A stretch of DNA of 64,000 nucleotides from Trichoplax sp. H2 (taxonomy: Eukaryota). Under the pieces are notes generated by a model that searched no databases, had not been told where the DNA came from, and saw only the letters and a list, made by a program, of their open reading frames with translations. This document shows, piece by piece, positions 1-15,056 of the stretch. Each line of letters starts with the position of its first letter. Within the stretch, counting starts at the first letter, position 1. Made by a program: the position numbers and the translations under genes. Location of the stretch: NCBI GenBank assembly GCA_003344405.1, contig NOWV01000229.1, forward strand, positions 1 through 64,000, given 5' to 3'.

Positions 1-54
1 TAAATTATTCTTAGTAAGGCTATTCTACTGCGGACCATCATTAATCCAATATGG

Positions 55-330
55 ATACGACTACAGTACTTACGTAGACATTATTCACACCAGCCAAAGT
101 ACAATGAATTAACCATATCCTAATATATGATTTACAGTTCTATTTTTACCTATAGCCATATTAGTAACTCAGCAGCTTACTGTATATAGTCATCTGTACT
201 CTAGCATAGAGTCTCTACCACTACAGTCTATAGTTACAGCTACCAAATATCTCTTAGGATAAATATCTACCGTACATTATACTACACATGGCTAACAGTC
301 TACAATCACAATACTAAGTTACATTACAAC
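55..330 (+). repeat. Dispersed repeat shared with ~39720-40010
   Basis: Collinear diverged matches: gactacagta.ttac.tagacattatt, tctatttt, agcta...aaatatctt, acatggctaa.agtctacaa, gttac.ttaca. Confidence 0.55.
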
Positions 331-507
331 ACCTAAATATACTACGTATAAATAGATTATTATAATATACGAATTGTGAGAATTTGCAATGCAACCATAT
401 AATTAAAAGCTTCAATACAAATAAAACTGAACTATAAGGCTGAATCTTAAATCTGTCAGATTAGTTACACTACTTTAATTAAAACTTATGAAACAGTCTG
501 AAATTAC

Positions 508-3500
508 TTGGCTTTCTCCAAATTAGATTTATTTGCCACGGCTCGAATTCCCATTAGAATTCTAGTTATCTTTATCATAAGTATAATATTGATCTAGAAA
601 ATCAGAAAGAGTATTAAAGATAGAGGTATGGTTGTATATGTTCTAATCCAAATAAACTCAGTAGTGCAGATTATCGTATCTTATATTCACTTACAATAAT
701 GACTACAAGAACGGGAATTCCGAATACGTACAATAAGAATGGATTCGAAGTAATCCAACAACTAAGAACAAAGATTGATATTTGCATCAGAGATTATAAT
801 TAGTTCTTCAAAATAATTAGGATTCTTATTGTGTAGCTTTAAATCAGTTATACTTATATCATTAAATAATCTAATTTATTTTATTAATTTTTTCCTGTAG
901 GATAATGGTAGTTATCACTAAGATAAGATGTCATCTATTAGGTTCATGTATTGATAATTTATCAACTAAAGCTGTCAATCTGTATAATAAAGCGATAATA
1001 GAAAATGTAATAGCGATAAATAATATTGGAAATAGAAGGTGGGATGCGTTTCGTCTGTACATGATTTACATATGATCTAATGAACTCTGGAATCTAAATA
1101 ATAAATAAATATAAAACCTGCTTTTTCATATATTTACAATACTGGAGTAAATAGCATAGCAAAACAAGAAGATTAGATGGATATTAGTTAGAATTAGAAT
1201 TAGAGATAGCTAGTAGAGAATGCTTCTGGTTGTACTACTCCTTATTCTAACTGATTTACACGACCCATTTATTTAATGCAATAGAGACTATTTTAATCGT
1301 AGCTGTTGTTATTGGGAATTTAGAAGAGGATTCAGTATAAGGCAAATAGTAGTCATTGTATGTCCATGCTATCACTGAAACATACTAATACTTGCTGCCA
1401 TAAAATTCTCTTTTCAGCAGGAAAGCCACAAGAACAATGATAATCGACCCACCTTTAAATTGCAGACGTAAATTGTTAGAGTTATAGTATCAATTCCTCT
1501 ACTCCGATATTTCATTACTGAGCACTTACTCCATCCTAAAACATTATATATCACGCAAGAAAAGACCGTTTCTGGCCATTGAGTAGCCATTTTAAAAGTA
1601 ATGATTCCTTCCACCAGCATCCAAGCAAAGGACGCCAAAAACGAAAAGTGAAGAATTGCGGCAATAATCTGACATAATACCTAATCGATCGAATAATCAT
1701 CGCCGACAATGGACTTTAATAAGGTGAAATCTATTTTTAAATATTATCTTCATAGAAAAAGATGCCTTAAATGAGTTTGTACATTAAAAATCTACATTAT
1801 TTATATTTGAACATTCAGATATATTTGATTTTATGTTAATTCTTAATTTTTTTAGAACTCAGATTACTATTAAAATATAATCTGTTCATAGCTGAGGTCA
1901 GTCTTCTATTTATATCATCGTGATGGATTTTTAGTCTAAGCAAATCTTAATTAGTGATATTAAATTAATTGAATCATTTACCATATTATCAGTTCTATCA
2001 ATCCCAGCTAAAAATATACAAGTGGAAATAATCAAAGATCCTGCCAAATTAGCATGTATCATACCGCGAATGCTATGAAATCGTCTGTTTTAAGTAAATC
2101 GTTTAATTTCAATATTAGCATAAAAAATAATAATAAATTATTTAACTCTACAGTACATTTCTTATCTAGGTAACAAAAACAACATAAATTTGTGTATTTG
2201 CCCAGTTAGTTGGAAATTAATAGAAATAACACCTGACAGTAGTGAAAGTCCAGAGGGTTATTAGTAGGCAAAATAACGAAATAGATAATCCAACATATGT
2301 TAAAATACTTAAAATTTTCTGATGAAGAGGATCAACCTTTATTGGAAAGAAAGCAAAAGATTGTTTTATCAGCTAGTACTTTTTAATTAAACGGTCAATT
2401 TATAGTGAAATATAAATGTGAAACTCTAGAGTTTACCAAATATGGAGCAAGTTGGAGTAAAACTGAGAAACTGGTCAAATGATAGGCAATACATTTGACT
2501 ATTGTACTATTTAATCTCTGAGTTTCAACTCCATCTGTAGCCCATTGACTAATAAATATTTAATGAGAAAAGATAAGAATAAGTCAGTTTAGGTATTTAA
2601 TTTAAGATAAATTTCAGTGAATAAAGGCAGAAATAAGTCTTATTGCAGTAAAGATTTGAAGGTAGGAATACTTACTTTCCATTCCAATAACTACACAAAG
2701 GTTGAATCGTGCTGTTCTAGTTTAAAAACGATAGAAAGTTAATAACTACAAGTAGTAAACTATAATAAGCGATAATCACATAGATTAAGCGAAAGATTAC
2801 GTCATTGATAGCAGATGCAATTATTTTGTTAACTTAGTTCTTTCAACTTTCACTACCTCATCGATTTTAAAGTAAAAGATAATTGGATCTTGAAATTTCT
2901 TTGTTATTAAAGGTTGAATTTTACATAATACGGAATGTTTAAGTGGTGGCCATTTACTGCAAATCGAAAAGAAAATTTTAACTGGCAAAACCAGCCCTTT
3001 GGTCTTAAAAAAATTAATACATTCGTATTTTGTAGCAAAATAATATTCATTTACAAAATTAAAGGAAAATTGATTTAAGATGCAAATTATTAGTCTCTCT
3101 CTATCTATAGTATCGAAATACCATACTTAGGCAGCAATAGCACTAGAACAGTAAATTTAAAATAAAACATTTTCCAGAAGCGAATTATGATCTTAGATTG
3201 TATTCGCGTTTAAGTTTACTAGTGCAATACAGAAGCATGATTCATACAGTTATTTAATATGGCATTTTTTGCTACGGAATTAATATTCTTCAATAGCATA
3301 ATTTGTGCAATAAGTTTTCTGTTAGATTACCATCAGACGGTTTTAACAGTTTGTAAGCATTCTAATATTACGATAACTTGCCAATTTTCTTTTCTACTGT
3401 CACTTATTTATACTGTAATTTAAAAACTTGTCAAATATAGAATTTTAATTACAGTATAGAGATATTGCGGTACTTTCATTGCATATTTTACTTTAAATCG

Positions 3501-6500
3501 ATCATACAGTACGAAATATTAACAAATAGGCTCAGCAGTTTTATTAACCTGCTACTTATTTGAACCGGTAAAGTTTCATAAACGCCGACAACCAGTTGAA
3601 ATCTCTCTGTAGGATTATTAAAATCAACTATTACAGCTAGCATTAATACCATAAACTTATTGAAGATGAATACGTATATATCTCTCACCAGAAGATTCCC
3701 TTGGCACAACAGATATTGGTATTTCAACCTTTACTGGACTACCAAAGGTTGTAAACTGCAAATATGGATTTTTTCCCTTCAAGCTAACAGTTATCGATTC
3801 ACTAATATCATTTCTAAATGCTTTCATCAAGAAATAATAGACTCCTAAAATACAAAAGAAGTTTCTAAGGCCGCATATTCGAATTTAAATAGCTAAGACA
3901 TTAATATTATTAGTTTTATGAAACTATATAGTTTTTTAGGCATATGTTACGAGCTAGGAATAGCCCTAACTTGCGACAAGAATTGAGAGAGTGATTTCTA
4001 CCCTTTACCACTGTTATTTCAAATATCAAACAAATGATATATAAAAACAGATAGGGTTTAACACAGGGAGACCTTCAAGACTTACTAAAAAATCGCAATC
4101 TAATTTATTGTCGGCGAACTTGCCGTTTAAATAGGTTTCGGACCTAAAACCAATTTAGCTACATAAGTTATCTCGTCTATTGGAAATTAACCAAATTAAT
4201 ACCCTAAAGAAATTCTATCTGTACAGATTAGATACAGTCTAATCCTATTACATTTACTGTAACAGTATTAAAATAAACAATGCTTATTAACAGTTTAACA
4301 GATACATATAAAGCTACTCTACTAAGACATTTCCTCTAAACTTAGAAATTGTACTTTGAACCTTATCAACCTTGGAGGTGATAGATATAATCCAATTTAG
4401 CTGGTTGGCTATTACTATTTTAGTCTATGTAATCCCAAATTAAAGATATTAACTGTTAACTATTAAAATTACAATTAAAGAGACCGTAAAACATTTCTGA
4501 GATATAAACATATATAGAAATTAACATACAAATAAAGTATACGTCACGAAGATTACCTTCATGATACAATATAATTCTGTCGTTGTACAGTAGTATAAAA
4601 GTTCATCTCGTTAACGTTTATACGAATATCAAATTTCGATTGGCATGCAACTACATTGGTGACTAAACCTACGGCAGTGATATATGTTTCAAATATGGTT
4701 GTTAAAGTGCAATCGAAAACAGAGCATGTTTAGAAATACATTACTATCTATTTTACAAATATAATCTACTTTGTGCAATACTACGTTAATATTATAAAAT
4801 GGCAATAACTACTCTAATTTCCTATTAAATGCTATCGTACTTTACAATAAATCAGATCTTAAGGACTGATTTTAATTAAGGACTATCCAATTAGTGATAC
4901 CGTATGTACTTTGCTACAATAGAATATCGATGTATTTACAACCACTAAGACGTTTATTTCAATAATACTATGCTCTCATGGTCTAAACCAATTAATTTAT
5001 GCTATTAATAACTCACTAGCTAACTTGCCCGTCGAGATCGAAACTATACCGGTAAAACTGTTACATCTATCGTCAAAGTGCTATAATTTACGTACTACTA
5101 GTAGTATCTTAATGTAAATGTATTCGAAGACAAGTACTGCGTGATCTTGCAAGCAAGCCTACAAACGTGATCAATGTGTATCACGAATTTTCAAACACAG
5201 CAACTATGCTATGAGAATCTGCATTGTACTAGCTGAAAATATAGTAAATATAATCTATTGATAGTGTACTAGTATCAATATTCTATGTAACAATTGCAAA
5301 CCAACAAAAATTGGCTAATTACATCAGTAAATATTTGGACTGTGGCAATTACAAGTACCTAATATTGTATTTAAACATATAAAGGTCAAAATTATCATGA
5401 AACATAAGGATAACCGCTTAAGTGATCATACTTTATTAGCATATTGAGTGATAATTCGATTTTGAAGTCATTATTAAATTTAGTACTCATATTATATTTA
5501 CCTAAGGTCTTGTTGTGATACCATAGCTGTGCGATACTACTATTCGCTGCTAAATTTTGTGCTAATTGTAAGCCAGCACTTTCCAGGTCTTCGATATTTG
5601 TATTTGCATCGATATTAGTTCTATTAATAGGATTTGATGTTGATAGATGTGTATTTGATTTTGATGTAGTCGATGCAGGTGCTATCGAAGGTATCGCTGT
5701 TATTAGATCTAGAAAAAATGATGAGTATTGAGAAAAATTCTTAAGATTTCATATTCATCTCCTAACTATGAGCAAAACTGAGATTATGAACGAGAGGTAA
5801 AAATTATTTAATCATAGTATATAGTTGCGAATCAACTACTGTAGTTAAACTATCTATTCACCCCATACTCAAAAAAATATAATATCGAAATCGTGAAAGT
5901 ATAATCTAGCTAAGTTAGTATCTTCATTTAGAACCAGAAATAATTACTTCATAATGATTGGTAATTTTCGTGATAGAAAATTACAAAATTCATAATCATG
6001 CCTTGAAAGTATTCTTAGAATTAATCAAATCTATTTTTAGAACTAAGATGATAAAACGAGATTGAGCTACAAGAAATAGATGGATTTTATGGTTGTGTTA
6101 TAATCTATAGATTTAAATTATTCTATAAAATTCATTACCGTCGTCATTTAGTGCTTTTTGACATATCGGGTAAGCTAATTGACTAATGCAATCAGCTGGA
6201 ATCCAACTCCAAGACTCCGTCTCAATATCATATTGCAAAATAACGCATTGATGGCCACTAGGTTTAGTCTTTAATTTTGTAGTATCATTTCGATAAACTT
6301 TAGCGTTTTTTTGGATCCAAAAGTAATCTTGTGGATCTTTCTGAAATAATCCAATCCAAAACGACTGATTTAAATAGCTAAAAGGCTTGGCTCTAAATTG
6401 CACCTTATTTAGTATTACGCTTTCTACAAAATTTTGCTCTTCTCGAGTGTTTAATAAGACCAAATCTGAATTCCAATAATGACAAATTTCGCGAGCTTCG

Positions 6501-9500
6501 TAAAAAGCTGCGGGTGAATTGAATATTTTAATACAACTAGAATTCTGAAAATCCCATGAATTGGGGCAAACGGAGTGCTGCTTATCTGCGATGAAATGAC
6601 ATTAACATAATTAATTAAGTTTTGATAGATTATATTATTAATTATTAGACATTATCCTTAACGTCACAATTATAGAATATTTTAGAGTAAAGTGATCGTT
6701 CCATTATAAAATAAGGAAAATTACACATCTTATCACAACCCTTACGAAATATTTTGGGACTTCTAAGGATATCATTGGATGTTCCAGTTGCAGCTGAAAT
6801 GATCGATAAATACAAAGTTTTTGAATATATACGATAATATAACTAATAAGGATGAGAAACAAAATTATTTGTTCGAGTATTCTGCAGTTTATTTAAAGAA
6901 AGGTATCTTTCTAAAACCAATAACTGGTATTTTACTCCTGCACTACCTAAACTAAACTATTGAATACCTCGATAATATTAGAGCTACTAGTAAGCTGGTA
7001 CTGCGTTCCAAATTAAATGATAAACTATTTGTAATTTTAATGATATTAATAGTTATAAATGTATTATGCGTGGCATGCTATTATCAACATGACACCAAAT
7101 TGGGCTACCATATTTAAATCATATCTTACATCTTTGGCAAAGGGCTTTATATTTATTGTCACAATTTCGAATATACCAAAAACTGATTGTTTCATTATAC
7201 TTTTTCAAGGTAACACAGCCAGTCCCATTAGCTACACTTGGCACTCCAGTTGCCCAATTAGAATAGTTAAATCGTGTTCTATTATCATACCACACGAAAG
7301 AATCTAATCTCGATTGTAATCCTATCCAAACTTCATCCCCATCATTTAGTATAGTATTGACGATCAATCCAACTTTATGGTCATAAATAATTCCGGGATG
7401 GGAAGCTTGAGAATCTTGACATTGGCTCTCATATTCTCCGTAAGTTATCTTGCTACTTATAATGTCAAAGCAGTATTTACCATGTAGCAGCCAACTTCCC
7501 TGGCAGGTAGCTGTTAAATTCATGTAGCCATGACGAAATTTAACTCAATTACAAACATCATTTATTGTTATTACTAACTAATAACTATTTTTGTGATTCT
7601 GCTATCTAAGGATGGTGATAATGTTGATTTATCTTTGCGGTCTAAGTTGCATAATTTATTTTTTAGTAGCATTCTATAGGAAGAGACGTTCTGAACTATT
7701 AAATAGTAAGCTATATACAGTAAAAGATTGCCAGTGACGAATGAGATATGCAAACCCGCTTTATTTCTGGTTACAATAATATCCTTAATTGATATAAGTA
7801 TTTTACTTACGAAAAATGGTCTTCCCATTGATGCAACAATATTGGTGGTGGGGTTACTCTAAATTCGAAATAAACAAGTCAAAAATTGATTTCCTTAAAA
7901 TAAATTATGTAAAGAACATTACTTTTCGAAATTACTACTGCCAAAACAACACAGTATTAGCATGCTTAGTTAAAATAGGAAAAAAGCCTAATTGATAGCA
8001 GAAATCTCGTTAGACTAGCATACGAATATATTAAGATTGCAAAAATTCTAAATAAACTTTAAAACAAATAATTTAGTACTATTTATTCGTTCATATAGTG
8101 CGGATATATTTTATGCCCTGTTAGCATTAAATCTTAAAGGATCAATAAAACTGAAATTAACACAAGTCAATATCGAATATTATGTGCAATTTTGTAGCAA
8201 CAGTCAAGGCTATCTTGCAACTGTATTAACAGTCTGCAGGTCAAATTTATTATTGTAATACAATATCATATCATTGTCAGCTTTTCTATTACAATAATCT
8301 GATAGAAAACTTTAATTAATTATGCATGTGTAAATTCGGTGCGATCATACCAAAATATCAGTAGAGGCTTGAGCTCTGGCATCTATGGTAAACAACAAAT
8401 ACAATAAAATATGCATACATGTTTACGATAAAAATGTGAAAGATAGCATTAGATTACCAGCGCCATAATGTAAGTGTAAGTTATAGATGAATTTATATCA
8501 GATTAGACGCTTTTGTGTATCTGAAATTGAATTACCTTGCATACAAAGCGGATAAAAATGTCGATAATTTAGACATTTTTGTAGCCGCCAATGAATGGTA
8601 GAATGAATCACTCCGGCTACCATACAAATATCAACTGCTCTGAGGTGCGGATATGTTTGATATTCATCTTTGCCAAACCACTTTAGACCGCTACTGTTTG
8701 ATTTGAGGGCAACCCATAAAGATTTTCCTGTAGATAGGACTATACTCTCAACGAAATTAAATTCAGACTTATCACGTATAATCGCTAAGGTTGCGTTCAT
8801 ACTGATGCAATACGCGAATGCATTAGACCAAGAACTAAAGTTAGTTGCAGGGGAATAGTAACAATTGCCTCCAATTTGCAACCAGTTTACTGGACAGCTT
8901 AGATCTATGCGATTTTTAGATGATAAAATTCACTAATCAAACATTGAAATGTAGACAAGCGAAAAATTATGTGGTGGATGGGTTCTATAACCCATTCGAC
9001 TAGCAATTACGAATTCAAAATTCGAGTTATTAAAACTGAGCATATCTCTAACGTGATATAAATTAGGTAAACATCGTATTTAACTAAAAATTAAAAACTA
9101 AAAATATGGCTTATCCATCGTAACAGTCGTCGTACAATTAACTCATTAAGTACAATATAATAGATTACTCTACCACCTACGGCTACTTTAGCTCATTTTA
9201 TTGCTGCAATTAGCTGAAATTATTACATCGGTATTATAGATTTCGTTATTTTAAGAGCAGATTGATCGATTTAGTCCCTTTCTTACTTTGTTCGCAAATA
9301 AAAGGATAAAATGAATTACACCTTCTGTTATTCCACAATAAAGTTGCGCTGTCGATCGTAATGCAATTTCCTGACTGTGGATCAGCCGCTTTTGGCTGAC
9401 CAAACTGTCCCCAGTTGGTGAACGATGGATAAATAGAAAAGTCTGGCATTAACCACTTAAACTGTTGAAATTCTGTCGGCTTTGAGTTGTTCGCTTTTAA

Positions 9501-12500
9501 GCCAATCCATAATTCAGATCGTCGTATCATAAGCGATTTTAAAGCTTGTAATTTATTATATGATTCAATCTGGACTAGCTGCTTGCCAAGACTTATACAA
9601 TACTTTTTGGATAGACTAAAAATTAAGCTCTCATAATATGAAGTTACGCAAGTAGAGCCAAATAGCACAGATGGAGCCTTGCAGAATTCATCCCCTAAAC
9701 GAAAATACAACGTTAGTATAGTCACTGGGTTAGTTTATTAACAATTCCTATATTTATACGTTGTTTGTAGTAATTTATAAATTGCATCAACTTTTAATAA
9801 AGAAAAGAGCTTACTGAATGGAATAAAATAACTAGACAGCAGATACGATGTCAGAGTCCAGTTTGAAGAGGTATTTCTCAGATCTTAACGTAGATCGAAT
9901 TTAAAAATTTAATAATTATGCAAGATTATGATTGCATTAACATCTCAGAATTCGTTTATGCCGTAATAGAACTATATAGTATAACTACTATACTTTATTA
10001 ATCTCTATTTTGTAGCTTAAGTTCGTCTGAAACGATCGTTAGATTAACGATTTAATTTCAATCCAAACTGTAAGTATTTCAAACCAATTCATGACTTTTA
10101 ATATTTTACTTAATCTACCAGCAAAGCTGAATTCTTTGTGTAATACTAGGTAACAGTTTTGCCCGTCCTTACCTAGCTGGCATATAAAGGAAAAGTTATC
10201 AGCGCAATTTAAGTTGATCCAGGACAGCTGAGTACTAGATTTTCCTAAAGATACACCAGCACATAACTTTGCTGAATTAATAACTATATTCTCATGCCAT
10301 GAGTTCCAATTTCCAACGGTATTATTGCTATTTATCCATTTAGCATGAGTAAATGTTCCATTTAAATCCATAAGGCCGATCCAGTAATGTGCCAAATGCA
10401 AGCTATTCATACTTTTACGTAATGCTTGTATTATACCAAGAAGAATAGTATCCTCATCAGCATCGCTGATCTCCACTAAACTACCTTTATAAGTGTTTTC
10501 ACAATAACTTCTAGCACTATAGAATGATGCTTGTGATTGGCTGATAAAATAACGCTTGAAATTATGGCTAAACCATCTATCACCTGGTCAGAGATAAAAG
10601 AAATGACTTAATAATAGCTTTATTCTTGATTTATTATACTATAATTCCTATACGATAATTAAAATTTATAACAATTACATAATTAATACTTCTATGACCT
10701 ATTTTATTACCAGATGCATTTGCCATTTTAATATTGTTAAATGCAACGGAGCATAACAAACTTCCGATAACAATCCATTTTAAAGCAGAAATCTAAATAG
10801 AACGGAGAAATTAGATAGCAGCTTTAACAGTAATATGAATTTCAGCTAAATGTAAAAACAATCTAATGAATTATCAGTGCCTTTTATTTAATAAAATATG
10901 ATTTTAAAGCTTTAAAGTTCACACATTGAATCTATGTACTGGGAATGATTATAATTTGTAAATTTGCGTACTGTTCTGATAATGCGGGCTTGTCGATACG
11001 TTATGAAACATGTTATAACTCATTAGGGTTGCAGTTAGTAGTTACCAGTTACCGGCAATCATAAGTAATTATATTTGCTTGCGAAGTCTAAGCACCATCC
11101 TGTGCGCTGTTTGATTTAGTTACTTTCAGTAGTGAAATCTAGAGATCCTTAGTGAGATCCATCGTGATCTATATTGTCTTACTTAGATCGTAAGGTCAAA
11201 TAATATTCAACATCGTTTTGGATAATTAATTGGTCTCAAATAAAGAGTAACGTAGGACTAACAGATATTGTTTAGAAGTAGTCCAATTAATACATTAGTA
11301 AGAGTATTTCGAGAGTTTCTAGCATCTGTGAATGAAATAGTTCTCATACAATACGTTAAAACTACTGAACGGTAACATCTGTATCGTATCCATACATATT
11401 GCATAGATTCTTTTATATATTATACTTCGTCAATTTTTCTGCTTTAGCCAATACACCAGTATTTATTCCTTGAAATTTGATCATAATTTCATTTCCCAAC
11501 TTTCTGTATTAATAATAGATCCAATATACGTATGTTTGCTTATATTACATTATTGTCGTTATCATTAAATATTATAGCGGAAAATAACCGTCTATCTACC
11601 TTTTTTTGAAGTTATCTAAAGTATTTTGTATTATATAGTATCTTAGTTTTAGGTAAAAATTTTACTAAAAGTGCGCTTTCTATAGCATAAAGTGATAAAT
11701 AACGATGATCTAATAGCTATTCTAAGAAAATAAGAGTATGCAAATAACAGTAAAATAAGTTGAATCTTAAAAAATTGATTAATATTTCAACATTCAAGAA
11801 TGATAGCTATTAACAATCCTAAGATTACATTAAATCAGCTATAGCTATAGCTTATAACACAAAATTAGGGTATTTTGTAATAGTCAATAATATGCCTCTT
11901 GTTTTTCAATAAAATATTATAGTATTATTTTCAACAAAAGTTTTTCTGATAGCGACAGCAAGTCACATATATCCATCTTTGAAGAATTTTTCAATAAAAA
12001 TAAAGACAGCTGCATGAATGATGAAATAGAATAACTGAAAAGACATTTTTGCAAGAATAAGGGCTAAAAATTACGGTAATCGAAATTAAATAATTCTCGG
12101 AAAGCACGGTTTGAATTCTAAATGATTTCATTTTCTGTTAAAACCATAGATTACGCTTAAGTTTGTATCATTGCAGTAATTCGTAAATTGCCAGACAACT
12201 TTAGCATGTCATCAATTTATAGAGTATAATATATGAAACAGTTTATTAAAGACGCTTTTAGGAATCTCGCAATGCCTGAGAAGTTATTTTAGTTTATTGT
12301 TAACTTATCTATTCGAATCGCACATTTCGAGATTAGTCAGAGTTCTTAAATTAAAGTAAAGTACATTATTGAGTACTAAAGTAAGTAACAGCGTCAAAGC
12401 ATTTTAATTCATAAAACGGAGAAAGTTTCTCTGAAATCGGCCGATAATGCATAATGTTTGCCGTGTTAAGGGAAATATTCAGGTATGATATAATATTTAA

Positions 12501-12641
12501 TGGTCAAGTGCAAATAGCAGGGCTGTCATTATATCAATCTAGTGTAGATTATATATCATCGAGCAAATTTGTAAAAACAGATCCTAAATTTTAATAGTAA
12601 CTAGTTTTGCTGCTTACCTTACGAATTGGTCTATAAGACAT
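508..12641 (-). CDS. Adhesion GPCR with five C-type lectin-like domains (paralog A); 3' end (TM6-TM7) runs off the window start
   Basis: Spliced model from GT-AG junctions (approximate): 12641-12618 (MSYRPIRK, tentative first exon), 10792-10711 (signal peptide ISALKWIVIGSLLCSVAF), CTLD exons 10583-10173, 9694-9287, 8904-8536, 7510-7130 and 6585-6139 (WIGL/WVAL, C..W...C patterns), linker micro-exons 8382-8351 and ~7858-7811, Ser/Thr stalk 5708-5502, GAIN exons 3844-3689, 3606-3549 and 2957-2858, GPS exons 2716-2676 (CSYW) and 2548-2437 (WATDGV...KCIAYHL|TSFSVLL), 7TM exons 2336-2233, 2084-1982, 1681-1530 (LHFSFLASFAWMLVEG), 1452-1385, 761-695 (CWI) and 593-508. Confidence 0.88.
3945..4264 (-). 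mobile_element. Degenerate solo-LTR-like element in an intron of paralog A
   Basis: Ends TGTTAC...GTAACA form a perfect 6-bp inverted pair. A TATTTAAA and then AATAAA lie on the minus strand. The putative TSD GCATA/GTATT matches at only 3 of 5 positions. Confidence 0.45.
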
Positions 12642-14762
12642 GATTCATCAATCTTAGATTCACTTCGTCACTCGCTAATATGCGGGATAAAAATACAAAA
12701 TTCTGCTTTTGTAATTCATCGATGCTCGTATGTTCTATAAAAGTTTTCAGCGTATTTCTTATATTATGATACTTCTAAACAATGATAGATAAAATGCCTC
12801 AAATTTTATGAGATAATGGCGTTTACATTTTGTTAGATGCATTATATAATTATTATTGTAGCAGACTAAATATTGTTCATTATTATAAAAGAGTAAAGTA
12901 ACAATTCATTTCTAGTCAATTATCAATCACAAAACGTCAGTAAGGTGCAATGACTTTATTAAAAATTTTGCTTTAATGCTTTAGTGATTTTGCTTTAATT
13001 GTTACCGTTTCCAAGAAATAATAATGATCAATTTTCGCGAGCGACTAGGTTGACACTATAGAATTTACTCGTTATTATATTCGAGACTATACAACTAAAA
13101 CATTCAAAAAAGAAATTGCCGATAAGACGGATTAACTTAACAGAATCAAAGCTATCCTATATTTCAACAATGGCGATTCACTTTTAATATTTTATTATAG
13201 GCTAATCACCAGTCCATCGAAATCGATTTTATAGAACGAGTTGATGCTGATAAATTCATTCTATTCAAGCTTAGTCTAATAAAAGTTGTTTACTAGCGCA
13301 ATATCTTTTGAAACTATTTCAAAGTAAGATTTCAGAGATATTAGTCAATCACTTAAATATAATCGAGGACCAAGGCTTGACAGTGAAATACAGAAATGCT
13401 TAAGCCTATTCTTCCATCAATTTTTTCACTTCAACTTGGCAGAAAGAATAACCTTACGATCAATTCAGCCAGTTCAGTAACACAGATTCTATAATCAACT
13501 TGGAAATCTATACCAACAATTAATCTCATTCAAATCTATGTTTATTTTTTGTATCATTCAGTAAACAATTGTTTTCTTTTAATGCATAATTCTACGTACA
13601 AATGCAACAAATTATTCTTATCCCAACGCAGCAGACCGCTAAGCAACGCAGCCAATCAAATCTTAATTATTGTAAACTAAAAGTGTAAGAAGTTTAGAAT
13701 TTATGACTAACGGTTCGACGCAACAACATATTATTTTCTTCTTCATTTTTAAAAAAAATGAATGGATAGCCTAAATGGTGGCTCCATTTTATGCAAATTG
13801 CCATGTGCCTACACTTCATTACATAAAATACTGGCATGATTGACTATAACGAAAGCAGAAGATTGAATGGAATGTGATAGCTAATTTTAAAGTAATTACC
13901 GCTAGCGCATTCACAATAAAATAGCGAATCATTTAATGTCGTAGGCTTAAGTTCCTTTCGTACACGTTCTTACATATAAAGTTTGCAACTATGGCAAAAT
14001 ACTAAGTACGCAGCCTGACTTGTTCTCTCTAGTACTGTATAGAATCCGTTATAAAACTGATATTACTGAAAGTTTTTTTATTAATAGAAGATTATAATTT
14101 ATCAGTATACACCTCCACACGAACTAGTCTATGAAACTCAATCGTTCATTGAAATAAACACCAATATGTAATGAAACTACATAAACATCAGTTACCATAG
14201 AAATACTCTAATATCTATAAAACATATGTTTAAGAATAAACAAATTTGTTATCGTTGAATTTCATGTAAAGTCATTAAACAAAATTGTTACTGTTACAAA
14301 ATTGCCTCGCGACATGGCCATAAGATATTGCCTTTCAAAATTACTAAAATGTTCTCAAAGCAATCGCATTTTTATTCTTAACCTCAATTTAAGGCGATAT
14401 TAGAGATCCTCCATCTACTAGTATTAACTCGATCAAGCTAGTTCGTGTTTATTTACATTCTACTTCCAACCGAAAGTAAATTGTGTGCTATTGTATTAAA
14501 TCAGTAAATAACAGTGAAAATTTAATCTTGTATCGAGAAAAATTTAAACTAAACACTGGAAATCTATTATCAGAATTATCCTCCCCGACATCTACCCACA
14601 ATACGACTCCACAGTAAATACTAACGATCTTCTATTAGACTAAACTAAACCTAAACTTTTATTAAAATGCCAACCAATTTATAATCAATATACAAAATAA
14701 GTAATTATCAGTACTTAGATAAATTATAATGCTAAGACGTTATCTATTGGAAGCATATAAAA

Positions 14763-15056
14763 TGTCATAGATAAATTAATATCAACACATTTGTAGATAA
14801 GTAATCTTATGATAACTTCGCTACTCCTGGAAAGTAGGTTATAGTGAGGCCCCGATAGTGATAAATAAGATAGTACAGTAGACTAGGGTGTTAGAATCAC
14901 CTATTAAGTGTTATGTTCATCGTAGATAGTTAGTGGATGATGTTTGAGATGTTAGTCCTAATGTTAAGAGAGACAGAAGACTTCCAAGTCAGTGGAAGCC
15001 TTACACAATTGCCATAGCACTTGACCTAACCAAATCACAAGTGGGGACTTGTGACA
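14763..15056 (+). mobile_element. LTR-like repeat fragment
   Basis: Its last ~85 bp (agaagacttccaagtcagtggaagccttacacaatt...ccaaatcacaagtgggg..ttgtgaca) closely match 43195-43274, and it ends in TGTGACA. The left boundary is uncertain and no TSD was found. Confidence 0.55.

Noticed and set aside
3689..3844. Apparent stop or frameshift in a GAIN exon of paralog A suggesting a pseudogene
   Set aside because: Re-reading gives an open frame (GVYYFLMKAFRND...VVPRESS) matching the paralogous exons.
7059..8858. Plus-strand ORFs 7059-7307 and 8670-8858, and similarly 3660-3848, 33812-34042, 47162-47374, 49624-49830 and 62330-62545
   Set aside because: They are antisense shadows of real coding exons and show no independent protein features.
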